Assembly (NCBI GenBank): GCA_000934665.2
Contig: KZ538002.1
Location: 248,001 to 312,000, forward strand
Source: Catajapyx aquilonaris
Lineage: Eukaryota
DNA: 64,000 nt
Direction of reading: 5' to 3'
Shown: positions 52,064-64,000 of the stretch, in pieces
Layout of the letters: each line of letters begins with the position of its first letter
Numbering within the stretch: position 1 is the stretch's first letter
Position numbers and translations under genes: made by a program
Notes under the pieces: generated by a model
Seen by the model: the letters and a program-made list of their open reading frames with translations, nothing else
Databases searched by the model: none
What the model was told of the DNA's origin: nothing

Positions 52064-54088
52064 TATTTACATATACCTTTCAAGGTAGATCCTGTCAGTT
52101 AAATCGAAATCAATGCTTGGAATGACTGAAAAGGACGGATTTGACCGAATCGCGTTTCATTTCACCTCTATTCTGGTTCAAGTCCATCTCTACCCATCGG
52201 CCAAAGTCAGATTAATTACAGGGTGGCAGATTAATACCAGTGATTTGAGCCCAACGTCAGTTGATTCCTGACAAGAAGTGTGTTAGGTTTATTTACGTGT
52301 GCGTGGGAAAAAAGAGAGCGCCTCCTTTTGTAATGCCGTACACTAAGTCCAATTTATTCTGATCAGGTGGTATCGCCTCCAGTTATACATCTCTCTGAAA
52401 ACAGGCACAAAAAAATCTTGCCCTTACTGTACACCTCGCCTAGATTTTTCCTAGACACTATTTTTTCCACATGAAACACACGCGTCAAGTCACAATGATA
52501 AGTCCGCAGCATCTTTTTTTAAAAAAGCAATAATGCCACGTTAATGACTTGATAAGCATTTCAAAGTACTTTCACGTCCGTATTCATCACAGTCCGGAGT
52601 CATGCAAGGCGCTGCCATTCATAACGTGCTTATCTAGCCTGCGTTTTTTTTTTTCTCTCGCTTCTAGTTTCTTTTTTGCGTTTGAAGCGCTGACACTAAA
52701 GAGTACGGAATTGAAGAGGTCAGTTCTTTTTGGCCATAAGTTATTCCTTGTCAGTTTGAAATTGACATGCAGACGTAATAATGAGCGCCAAAATCTTTTG
52801 TTACGAAACGGTAATTATGCATAAAGCGCGGATTTCGGGTTTCTTATCCCGCCTCCCATATGTTCTAGCGAAAAGTGATCCATCTCTGGGCTGTAATTAA
52901 ATGGATCCGCAGACAGCTGGTGATCCGACATAATGAGCCCGCTCTTTTTTTGGGTGGTTTTGAGGGTTTTTTTTGGGGGAGGAAAGAAAAGGCGAAGAAA
53001 ACGAAATGAGCAGCATTCCTTATTCTTCCCGGTTCCAATTCCGTGCTGGAGACGTCATTGAGAGAGAGCACACGCCCCTTTTGTGAGGGTTTTGGTGGGT
53101 GGTTTTTAGAAGCAGAATGTTTTGGACGATGCCGCACTTGCTGTTGTGTGCCGTATGAATGCTTGTCAGTGCTTTTGCCGACGGATGATCGATGTCTTTG
53201 GGCGAAATTGACTGCCAACCTAGTCTCTCCCTTCTTTTTCTATTGAGATTAAGCTGGAATTTCGAAAACTTTATGATGATGAATTGGGGGAAAGGGGTGG
53301 GTGGGAGGGGGGATCTGTAAAGAAAAGGGGGGGAACAAGAGGGGGGGGGGGGTTATATAGATGGATCTGAGGATAGAGCTTTTGCCTTTTGTGAGCAAGG
53401 AACGAGCTTCCATGACGGAATGTAAGGGGAATGTGGTGATGACGAGCTGTTTGCTTCCCACACTTGGCCAGTTCTGTGGCTAACCGCTGACAACGGGACA
53501 TTTCTCAAGGGCACAGGTCGCCAAAACACTATTATGAGATCAGGCGTCGATCGGCATTTTTGCCAATCCACAGAGTCAGACATGCCTCGCTTTCTCGGAT
53601 GTTGATTGAGGGACGCGCGGTGTAGGTGGCAGCACCCAGGACCCACGCCAGCAAGTGGCCACCACCGTAAGCTGACTTAATTTCGCCCCTTTTTGAAACC
53701 CTCACAAAAGTTGTTAACTACCCTACAAATCTCCCACATCATTTCCCCACTACATATGCCTGGTAGAACACCCATTTTTGTACCCCGACCGACTAAGTTG
53801 CGCCGTCTTGACAAAGATGGTGCAAGATTACAGTGACATAAACCCTCTTGCTTGTCAGTGATTACTGTAAAAACGCCAGCACTTGGTTCTTAACTTGGCA
53901 CGCTCCTGGTACACTAAACGTCAGGAGGGAGCAGGAGATGTCTCGTATAGAAGTGAAAGACGGGCTCTGAGGTTAGCCTAATATGACTTACGAAGTGGGT
54001 GCTCATTAAGCTAACCTATGTAGATAAGCTTTTTTTCCTGCCGTCACTGTGTGTGCATAGCGTTCATGATTGTGTTCATTTGTTGCAG

Positions 54089-54165
54089 GTTACGAGAAGA
54101 AAGAGGCGAGGCAGAGCGAGCTCTGGCGCTAGACAAGAAAGCTCGTGATCTCAGCTCTCATAACG
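54089..54165 (+). CDS. dac: dachshund 77-nt coding exon D (LREERGEAERALALDKKARDLSSHN)
   Basis: Acceptor ttcatttgttgcag| at 54088 and donor aacg|gtaagt at 54165. It continues KHLE-R-LREER across a 26-kb intron. Phase 2 in, phase 1 out. Not present in the ORF track. Confidence 0.9.
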
Positions 54166-55051
54166 GTAAGTCACTTTGATAGGACTCGACTACTTATCAT
54201 TCCAACTAATACACCAAGCTGCCAGCAGTGGTTATTTGGCGCTTCAAAAAATTATGACGATGTGTACTATGTCCTGTATATCAGATCCAAGTATTTAGTG
54301 ACAATAATATTGCCGGAACAACCTGTCAAGCCTACACAGCAGTTTTTAAACAAAATTCTAGCCTAAATCTTGGCATTTCACCCCAAGTTTAATTACGGAT
54401 ACAATGTATAGGTTAAAACCAATCATGCAAACATAGCATTGTTTTTTTGGTGCCATTCTAATCATAAGTGCGAATAAACTATTGAAATTGGCGATTCACT
54501 CGGCGTAATAATAAAAGTTTCAAATTTAAAGTCGGTGTTGCCATATTGTGCAAGGAACCCACAATATACCGGTGACGCACCGGCGCGGCGGTTATGACAG
54601 GAAAATGTCATTGTAAACGTTGGAATTTTGCACAATTAATATTTATCAGTTGAAATATAGGAGGATGCTATTAATATATAATTATTGAAATTCCACAGGA
54701 GTAAATAGCTGTAGCGTATATTGTTTATTTAAATTACACAAACAGTCCGCGTATAATTACCCGAAAATGACAATACACTAATAAAACCGAGAGACTCTGT
54801 TATCGACTCCCCCAGCCAGTGGCGTAGCATGGGGGCAAGGCAAGTATTGCCCCCCTCCCCACCCCCAGCACAAGTATTGTATTTTAAGAAAATACTGGTG
54901 GAATCAAAGGAAATGCATTTAATGCTAGTGTAAATAAAGGAATGAATTCTCGGAAGGGAGAAAAATGATCTTTTCCCAAAGAAAGCAGAGTAAAGATGAG
55001 GGTAAATCCAAAATATTGAACGAGTTTGCTGCATTAACAACGATAATTATA

Positions 55052-55770
55052 CAGAGTGTTTCACTAGGTAGTCCGCCCAAAGAATCGACTGTATCTTTCT
55101 TCCTCCTGTACCTAGATACATGATGTTTGATTTAAATCCTACCTTATAGTTCATGAGAATGTAGTACTATTCGCAATAAATGCTGTGCTTGACTTTCAAC
55201 GACCTCCACACGCACTCGAACGCGACTCGACTCGACGGTTCTTATTATTGAAGGCCCTCCGCAGCACATTGGCAGTCAGGATTGCTGCACCAAATGTTTT
55301 GGACCAATACACTGATAGATGACTTCCTTTAGATAAAGAAAAAAAATCGAAAAAGTTAAGCACAGGCTGCTGGAATGACCGGAAAAGTCACCATAATTTT
55401 GTCACAAGAAACCGGGTATCCTGTTTCCACCTGCCAAAAGAGCCGCGAATGGGGATATTTGAAGACTAATTTGTTCTTGCAACAGTGGGCCTCGAGGTTA
55501 GAAGACTTTGAAAGCAACAAAAGTGCAGCAATCTGGACCATTTATGAGGATATGCTGCGGAGGATCTTCGATAATAAGAAAAGTCGGGTCGAGTCGCATT
55601 CGAGTGAGTATAGGTCGTTGAGGGTCAGGCACAGCATTTATTGCGAATAGTTCTGTATTCCCATCAGGAACTCAGTAAGGTGACTTTTTAAACCAAACAT
55701 CACATTTCAAGTAGAGCGGCAAGAAAAATATAGTCGATTCTTTGGGGGGACTACCTAGTGAAACACCCTG
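55052..55770. mobile_element. Tc1/mariner-type foldback MITE, family 2 (719 bp, imperfect TIRs of about 220 bp)
   Basis: TA|CAGAGTGTTTCACTAGGTAGTCC ... GGACTACCTAGTGAAACACCCTG|TA. The arms match imperfectly, e.g. ACTATTCGCAATAAATGCTGTGC vs GCACAGCATTTATTGCGAATAGT. Confidence 0.88.
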
Positions 55771-56284
55771 TATTTCAAATATTTAAACTCCCTGGTTTAA
55801 CCTTAAAAGGTGCAGTAGGATTGGGTCACCCTCAATAAAGGCAAGACAGCTTGCTTTTCCTTAAAAAAATAAACAATTCGAGTATTGTTGAGAAGCAGGA
55901 TCACTTCCTCAAAATCAAATTGGTACATGGACGAGATCCCCCAGAATAATTAGTCCCAGCTTCCAAGAAGAGACCCTGTCCTGTTTTACAACCGTCCTGT
56001 CACTCATGAAACCTATAGACGAAGGCTAACAGTCCCTGTTTCATCTGCAAGATTTGCACCACGCTCCATTGTCAATCTAGCACTGTGGGGCGCCTCTTTC
56101 CTTGACTCAAAACCAAGAGGACCAATTTTGCTTTATGATTAATTATTAGCACTGTTAAAATAATGACGTCTATACACGCGCACACTCATGTAAAATGACA
56201 CAAGAATGCATCACTTTGTTGACCTCTGACTCCATAATTTACAGATGTATATTTTCTAATTTTTGCTTACTTTTTGTCTCAAAC

Positions 56285-56287
<3 letters not shown>

Positions 56288-56338
<51 letters not shown>
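56288..56338. repeat. (TAT)17 microsatellite
   Basis: Directly visible. Confidence 0.95.
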
Positions 56339-58058
56339 CATTATCACTTCGTCAATCCAAGGGGTGGTGGACAGGGCGCCCCCCAGTTGGCCACTATGTG
56401 AACTGCATATTTTCATGCACATTCCCACTTGCAACTTTTCTAGACTTACTGTTAGTGAAACCCCCTGGAAGTGAGTTAATAGGATAACCCATTTGGATTT
56501 ACTGGAGTAAGAACTGTCTGAGTGGGAGGGCGCTCGATTTTCATTGTGATATAATATATCGTAAGGAAAATCGTCGAAAATTCTGAAGGGCGCAAAACTT
56601 CGTATAAAAAAAGTTTTTTTTATATAGATACGAAATTTTGCGCCCGGGGCGACCGCCCCTCTGCCCCCCACGCTGCGCCACTGCCCCCCATCCGCCCTAA
56701 ACAAGCGCTTTAAAAAATGCTGAGAAACACAATTTGTAAAAGATGCGTGTGTGCGTGCATGTGTGATACGTAATATGTGTGTGTTGGAAGTTCATCACCT
56801 CTCCAAGGGTGGAGCATTATTTATTCAACGCCATCATCCCCCATTCTGGAAAGGGATTCGAAACGCTGCTGAGGAGGCCCAAAATAATAGACATGGTGAC
56901 CCCTTGGGTGGGGGTGTAGAAGAGGAAAAAGCGCATAAACGATCTGGATTCCTTTTCGCCTCTTTACACCGCCGTACTAACGGGCAAAAATTATAATCGG
57001 GAAGAAGGGGGGGAGGGATAGGGAGGTAATTTTTCACTGCCATGCGGTTGTCAACAGGGCGAAAACAAAGTACCCTTACGCGACCGGCATCATATGGGAA
57101 ATGCTGGCACCGTAGCCGAAAACGTGACTTCGGAAGATCATCGAGAAGAATCAAGAAAGTAGGGGGGGGAAAAGGTGGATCGAAGAAGAGTTAGATGGGG
57201 GAGGGGGGGGAGGTTTTTCTTGTCCCCTCCTCCCTCCTTCAAGTTCTTCCTTGAGAAGCCGCTCCATTCGACACGGAGCGGCTCCTGCCATTTTGGACTT
57301 CAGATAGCGCCGAAGATTCAAAATAAGGCGTGCCTACGCGGGCATGAATTCGGTACTTACGGGCCTGACATCAAACCATTCATTTATTCTACAACATCCA
57401 GGCCAAGATGGCGCTGAATTTTTGATGACAAGATGTCGCCTATAGCCATACACGACCAAATATTATGACAGAATCGAACTATTTATATATAAACAGTGGT
57501 GAATCAGGCACCGTGTAACAATTAGAACACTGGCTGTCTCAGAAACCGGTTACATCCAGAGAGAAAAAATATGGAGGAGGAACCGCGGTGGTGGGGGGCA
57601 CCATATTATGATTGTTGTCGGCCGAGGCTTCTTTTGATTGACAGCATCCCAGGGAGCAATCTTGCGGGTACAGTTTCCCACACTCGGTGGAGGCTTCCAC
57701 TTGAAAGCGAGACAATCAACATGGCCTCACATTCAGTTTAATTACCGGCTTGAATTGATGACGAAAGAAAAGTCTCGGCCAGAAAACGTGTCTGTCCGGT
57801 GCAAGGCTCCGATTGATAGCGCGGCTTTTGCTTAAATATTTTTGCATTGTTTCCCGTGTTATTAGCCAACCGGACTCATCAGAAGGAAATGTCGGTTGCG
57901 TGAGGAATTTTAAGTTATGCAAATTTACGTGCATGCCGATTGTTGGAAGGGCCTCTGCAATTATGACGACTCAGGGGCTAATTGACGGGCTTTTTCTTCG
58001 GTTGTTTTGCTGTTTGCTCAAGTCGATTGTAAAGGTGTGTTCACAAACTGGAACCGGT

Positions 58059-58496
<438 letters not shown>

Positions 58497-59554
58497 AACG
58501 AATTCGAGATATTTGAACGTGAGCGAGAAGTCAATGGACGTTTGTTCGTTTGAATGGGAAGGAGCCAAAGCACGCGCAATCAGCCAATAGGAATGAGTCA
58601 GGCGAGTCTCTCAACCAATTAGCTTCTCGCTCACGCTGGGAGCGTGGAAATGTTCTCGCTTTGCCCTGATATACCATTTTTCTGATGTTATAAAATGTGC
58701 AAGGACCTTGCGAGGCGTACAGGAACATTTTGCAATCCGTGCTGTTGTTACCTGTCAGCAGTCTTAATTACTTCCGCGTTAATCAGGCAGTAAAAACAGA
58801 AATCCTGAATTGTGCGTCCGATTTTGGGTTGGGCTATTCATTTTGGCGGAAAATGCCCGTTACCAAGTTTGGAACGGGAGATGACTAGAGTGGCAAGAAA
58901 ATTTCCTCTTGTGGGATTTTGCTTGAACGTGGTAAACAAAAATAATCAGCGTAACAATTGCCGATTTGGCGAGGAACACGTTTCTGATTCGCTTTGACGT
59001 CACTCCCTCCCAACTTTTTTCTAGTTCAATCTCCGCCATCATAAGTTATGTGCTGAAATGTGTTGCAAAGTTGATTCGTGCTGCCTCCCATCTTTTTGTC
59101 CGTCCAACTGGACAAGAGCACCGTGAGAGGTTTTTCCGTGGTAAAAAGATTTTCGAAGTGGATGAACCTTCCCAGATGCGAAGACTTCCGTGCGGTTACC
59201 CCGCCCAACTCCTCAACAAACGCTGTAATTTCTGTTTCGGGAGGTCTCTAGTAATAGGACTTGAACACAAAGAAGGATTTTTCAAAAAAAAAAGAAAAAA
59301 AAGATGCGTCACTTAATATTGGGAGGGTCTCCCATAGGGCATCGGTTGAAACATTCTAAGAAAATGCCAAGTATCCGGGGCGGGCTTTTTTTATATTCAA
59401 AAAAGAGTGATTTGCGTGAGGCGATGGGATTGCTCGAAACCTCTAGTTTTTCGCTCGGAGCTAAACAAAAATGCCGTCCTATGAATAAAAGATTTTGTTC
59501 CGTGAGCCAGTTTTCTGAAGGCTTTTTCTGATTGACTTTGGCTTTTTTTTCCAG

Positions 59555-59716
59555 GAGCGTCCAATGGCCCCAGCCCTGTTCTGAACCTGTCCAAGTCTGG
59601 TCCAGGAGGGGGTGGTCATGAGCACAGCGGCAGTGAAGCCGGACATACCGGACCGGAAGACGACGAGGATGATGACAATGTCAGCGACGTCGACGAAGAC
59701 GACGAGAAAGACCAAG
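59555..59716 (+). CDS. dac: dachshund coding exon E (ASNGPSPVLNLSKSGPGGGGHEHSGSEAGHTGPEDDEDDDNVSDVDEDDEKDQ)
   Basis: Acceptor ctttttttttccag| at 59554 and donor caag|gtgagc at 59716. 162 nt, phase 1/1, open frame with an SPVLNLSK motif and an acidic tract. Confidence 0.9.
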
Positions 59717-60697
59717 GTGAGCTGGGTGTATACAATAAGAAAAAAATGTGGCCGTGCTTATCGTGAATGGCAGTTTACGTAAAGAGTGCGGCTGAAGAAG
59801 TAAGAAAAATAAACAGCATTTCCTCTGGGAAGTGCAGGATGTCCAAATTTCAACTACAGGCTGTACCATATCGCATAGTACATTGAATATGCAAGAGATG
59901 GCAGTATTCTTGCAGTGGTTCGACAGTATCTGGAACTACATAAACCACAGCAACCCCACCCATCCCAACTTGGTCTATATCACTTTTTGATGTGGAATGC
60001 AGGAGGAAATTTTTTTGGCGAGTGTTTGCGCGCCCGAAATCGCAACAAAGCCGGAAATAAAGTGCATGGCTTGGGCTGAAAGCCAGCAGCTTGCATCCCC
60101 CAACAAACACATGACTGTCGGCTGCACAGCCTCGGGCAAGTGGCACGAGTGGAACAGGCCATCAGAGGTGTCACCGCTTCCATTCTGTGTCCCCCTCGTC
60201 TCCTCTCTCGACACCCACCCACCCACTGTTTCCAAAAAGAGCTTGACGCTAATCTACCTCCCCCCTTCCATTTTGCGTATGGGTGTGTGTGGGTGCGTCT
60301 GCGTGTGGTAAAACACACAAATATGCATTACAAGAGAGCAAAAGCCATACTTCTGTCAGTCTCGTTGCGGCCGCAAGTAACACTTCCAGTGTAAATGAAG
60401 TGTTATTTATTTAACTTCAACCCCTTCGAAATCAACATGTCACGGGGTCATTATAAATCGCGAAACAGCATGTGCCCGGTGTATATTTAGGCATGTGTTT
60501 GCGAATTGGGACAAGAGCTGCACCTTTTCTTGCCATTTTTTTAAGAGCCCTCTGGGTTTCGCAAGGAGGAAGCAGGTATACGACTTCATATCGCACTCGG
60601 TTATCGCAGTGAGCGCCATCTGTTGCTATTAGCAGAAAACTGTCGATATTCCCTTTGGTTTGCATAACCTTCCACTCACCATGTTATCCTTTTGTAG

Positions 60698-60919
60698 ACC
60701 TGAGCGACAGCCCCGACGTGGGCAATAACCTGGGCAACTGCGACCGCACGGCCGGATCCCAGGCCGCGGCCCTCAACTACTCCACTTTGGTGGGCGCCTC
60801 GGGTGACCCGACTGTGGCCATTTCCTCCACCGAGACCCTGCTCAGGAACATCCAGGGCTTGCTCAAGGTGGCGGCAGACAACGCACGCCAACAGGAAAGG
60901 CAGATCAACTACGAAAAAG
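60698..60919 (+). CDS. dac: dachshund coding exon F, start of DD2/Dachbox-C (…SSTETLLRNIQGLLKVAADNARQQERQINYEK)
   Basis: Acceptor atccttttgtag| at 60697 and donor aaaag|gtacat at 60919. ETLLxNIQGLLKVAxDNARxQE is the hallmark start of DD2. 222 nt, phase 1/1. Confidence 0.97.
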
Positions 60920-61883
60920 GTACATGGCAATTTTATTTACATTTTGACATCATTTGGGACCACTTGTGACACACTGGTACTGTACAACGATTGTAACATT
61001 TATTTGGAATCAATGCCGCCGGAGTCAATTACCTTGCGATATTTAACATCAACCTGCAAACGCATGCAAATTAAGTCCAACCTGTCGCCGTTTCGTAATA
61101 GCCCGAAATTTTTTGGCGCAGTATGCCATACAAATCGTGGCGGGAAGTGGCAATCAAGGCGCCTCACTTGATTGTACACCACAAAATACACTAGTCGCAT
61201 CTATCTGCGTCTAGGGGCAACTTTTTTTTTTCTTCTTCCGAGGGGAAGAAAAAGGCGTGCCCATTCTAGCATCTTATAGGAACTCTCCCCCCTTTCCTCC
61301 TTCCCCCCCTTTTGCCTGGGCCCTGGCTTTAATGAAATGCGAACTCGGGCGCTGGCGGGCACATGCCATATCGTTAGGGCACCCCCAGTATATCACAATA
61401 TGCACTCCCGGATTCCGCCTGTAACTGGGGCGCCCCCGGAACATCCCTCCCCCTTTTTCCACTTGTTGTTTTTTTTCTGGTGTAAGTTCCGGGACTGGGC
61501 CATAAAAGCGCGCATCTTCGCTCGCTTTTAGCGGTGGAAACGGGCCACGGGTGTGATTTCTATATCCATCTAAGATAAAAGGATTGGCCAAAGGTTAGAT
61601 GAGCAACTTGTATAACGCTTCCTCATTTCCCGGGGCCCCAGCTCTTACAACCTTCGCCCCAGCTCGGGTCAGAGCTATAGCCCCCCCCCCTCCTCTCCCC
61701 ACCTCCCCGCTCTCACTGGCTCTCCTGAGGAAATGCCATGCATAAATAAGGGGGTGGAGGGGGAGGAGATGGGGAAAATATTGGGTAGAGAACGGGGTTC
61801 GTTGTACCGCAAAATTTGTAAATATGGCCGAATAGTGGTTAATTCGAATTTGGGGGACATATATTCCAAATCATCATAGATAT

Positions 61884-62003
61884 CAGTCACTTCCTGAAGC
61901 TCAAAATAGCCTCCGAGAGAGGCGTTCCTCCCTTCCTAAGGAGCGCCTCTCTTGGAGGCTATTTTGAGCTTCAGGTCTGCTACCGTACTCCTGGAAGTGA
62001 CTG
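61884..62003 (+). repeat. 37-bp near-perfect hairpin (61893-61975) inside short CAGTCACTTCC inverted repeats
   Basis: Arms are 61893-61929 and 61939-61975 with a 9-nt loop. The only two non-Watson-Crick positions are G:U on the + strand. The outer inverted repeat is 61884-61894 / 61993-62003. Confidence 0.9.
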
Positions 62004-64000
62004 TACGGCGCACATCACTGCACATCAAAGCAGTATAAGGTCATCCAGTAAGTTTACTTAGAATGCGCTTATAAAATAATCGCCCGCAGTCCTGCAGCAT
62101 TCGTGTGTATATAGTCAGCGATACAGTATGGGTGCGCAGTGCTTCAAATGGCACAAGAAACGACAGATTGAATCTTGATAGCTGTATTACCCAGCCGCGT
62201 TACATTATGCAAATAATCACCCCTCAATATTTAAAGGGCTGCCTTCTTTTTCAACAAATTCCGTCCCGCTTTCTCATCAGACATAAAGTAATCTTTGCAT
62301 CCATTAAGTCCGGGGCCAGAAGCCAGGAGAATTACTACCCAAGTTGGCTCACAAAATTTCATAACAACCCGGGCTCTGAAAACCACAGTTATTCCTGCAG
62401 TTTACTGTTATAGCTCTTAGGAGAGGTCCGTGGCGATATGAAGAAATCATCCCAAGCCCCTGCAACCCAACCAGCAGCTGATAATTACCCTGCTGAGGTT
62501 TCGCATTGCCAACTCCTCAGGAGCCCCAACAATACCACCTCCCCTGCTTTCAATTAAAAAGATGCCATTATTACATGGGGAGCCCAGGGAAAAAATGTGT
62601 ATGGAGGGGAAGAATAAGACAGTTGTGAAGAAAAAAAAATCAATGTCTTCCATTACCGAGAAAAGTAATTATTTTGATATAAATCACGAGGGCTGACAGT
62701 TGGTGGTGCAATTTTGATTAAAAAAAGCTTTAGGGGCCTGTAATGTACCTGAATATCAATAAAGTGAAATGAATCCCCTTCCCAGGCTGGGGCGAGCTGT
62801 TGCCTCCCAAATGTAACCCAGGGTGTGCCCTCCTTCTTTTTTTATTTCTATTTTTTGGGGAGAGGAGGAGGAGGAGGAGGGAGGGTGGGGGGGATGCATT
62901 TGACATATCAAAGAAGTTTCATCAACAAGAAAATGTAATTTGCGAAATAGAAACCCGGGAGTTGGAGTCAGGCGCGCGCGTGTTGGGCTGGAGTGAAGTG
63001 AAAATTAATGATGAAGTGCTTGCAACCCTCCCCGGTTTTCTCCCCGCCTGCCCCTACCTACAGCGCAGAGATTGTGATTCATCAATAGTTGAGAGTCCAT
63101 ATCGCACCGCAGCACAATTTTCTAGGTCCATAAATTTGGAGCGGTCAGAAGTTCTAATGGCAGATTTCCTGCACTTCTTGGGTCTTCCTTGTGTTTGGCT
63201 GTAGATTGATGAAACACATCCTGCAGGCAGGGGGAGGGCGTCTTGAGGGGTTATTCCCCATCCAGCCAAGTCCTTCCGAATGCGCTTTTCCTGTTTGTGT
63301 GCCCAGGGCCATTATAGAGAGAGCCATCAACGCCCAGACCTCAACCCTTTTGGCTCCGAAACCTAATGATGTTACGGAGGAAGCAGCTCCCTGCCTGCTG
63401 CCTCCTTCCATTGGATTATGTACCTGCAAGCGGGCGTTCCCCAGCTGTCTCTTGGGCTAATTATCAATTAGCCCAAGAGACAAAATTGCAACCAACGCCG
63501 GCAGTTCATCACCTTTCGACAGGGTCGAGTTCACCTTTTCAGGGCCGCTCACCCAAGACGCTACTGCTGCATGTCATGCCCTCCAAAGAAAACCAGGAGG
63601 AGCTATTTGCCACATTCCGGATATCGATAGTACCGGTGGTCATCAACGGCCATGACCTGCTATTGTTTCGGGGGGGAAAACAAAGTTGGAAATTGCAACC
63701 CCCACCACTCTGACAATGACAATCAAAATATGCGGTGGGGAAGTATAAACAAAAGTGACATCATAATAATTAAATAACATTCATTTACATTTTACACAAA
63801 TCCAACAGTAACTCATTCCAGCATTTCTCTTTTGTCCGGTGTATTCCATATTAATTTACACATTTTGCCGCTTTCATTTATTGTGCAGGCCTATTATGTG
63901 CGGGCGGGATTTGCAATATTTTGGGGAGCTAAATACTGTAGCCGATATACAAGAAAGTTTTTGTTTTTACAAATTATTTATTGTACATTCGGGAGATATC

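Larger units (their letters stand above)
27990..54088 (+). other. dac: dac large intron, 26,099 nt
   Basis: GT at 27990 and AG at 54087-54088. The flanking exons join in frame (HLE-R-LREE). Confidence 0.85.
54817..56683. mobile_element. Putative non-autonomous hAT-like element containing the nested MITE and a (TAT)n microsatellite
   Basis: Termini CAGTGGCGTAGC (54817) and GCTGCGCCACTG (ends 56683) are inverted repeats with one mismatch. Flanks CCCCCAGC and (C)CCCCCATC resemble an 8-bp TSD. GC-rich GGGCGC subterminal motifs are present. Confidence 0.55.

Noticed and set aside
52302..52309. Su(H) site CGTGGGAA (plus scattered TTCCCACA)
   Set aside because: Isolated 8-mers are expected by chance in 64 kb, and there is no paired-site arrangement.
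56195..56704. Poly-Tyr/Leu/Ile ORFs resembling signal or transmembrane peptides
   Set aside because: They are translations of the (TAT)n microsatellite.
60920..64000. Next DD2 exon (expected to begin roughly AELKM...)
   Set aside because: No matching frame with a splice acceptor found. It presumably lies beyond the window.

Overview
Eukaryotic (arthropod-like) genomic DNA lying entirely inside one + strand gene, dachshund (dac). I reconstructed six coding exons by hand: 16115-16245, 24488-24710, 27930-27989, 54089-54165, 59555-59716 and 60698-60919. Together they total 875 nt, all have canonical AG/GT boundaries, and the phases are mutually compatible. They splice into one open frame running from the end of the DD1/Dachbox-N region (SRPGRPPKR) through the linker (WENCRAAYEDIVKHLERLREE, then an acidic stretch) into the start of DD2/Dachbox-C (SSTETLLRNIQGLLKVAADNARQQERQINYEK). 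The 5' and 3' exons lie outside the window. About 98.6% of the window is intron (>16 kb, 8.2, 3.2, 26.1, 5.4, 1.0 and >3 kb). The introns hold non-autonomous DNA transposons (TA-flanked Tc1/mariner-type MITEs, a foldback element, a nested hAT-like composite), short tandem duplications, microsatellites, a 436-nt poly-T run (probably an artefact) and many candidate cis-regulatory motifs. The most interesting leads are a 37-bp intronic hairpin with only G:U wobbles on the sense strand, a possible microexon or recursive splice site just upstream of the 24488 exon, and AG|GT ratchet-point candidates in the long introns. I see no strong evidence of a wholly novel system. Apart from those overlapping dac exons, the ORFs in the track look spurious.
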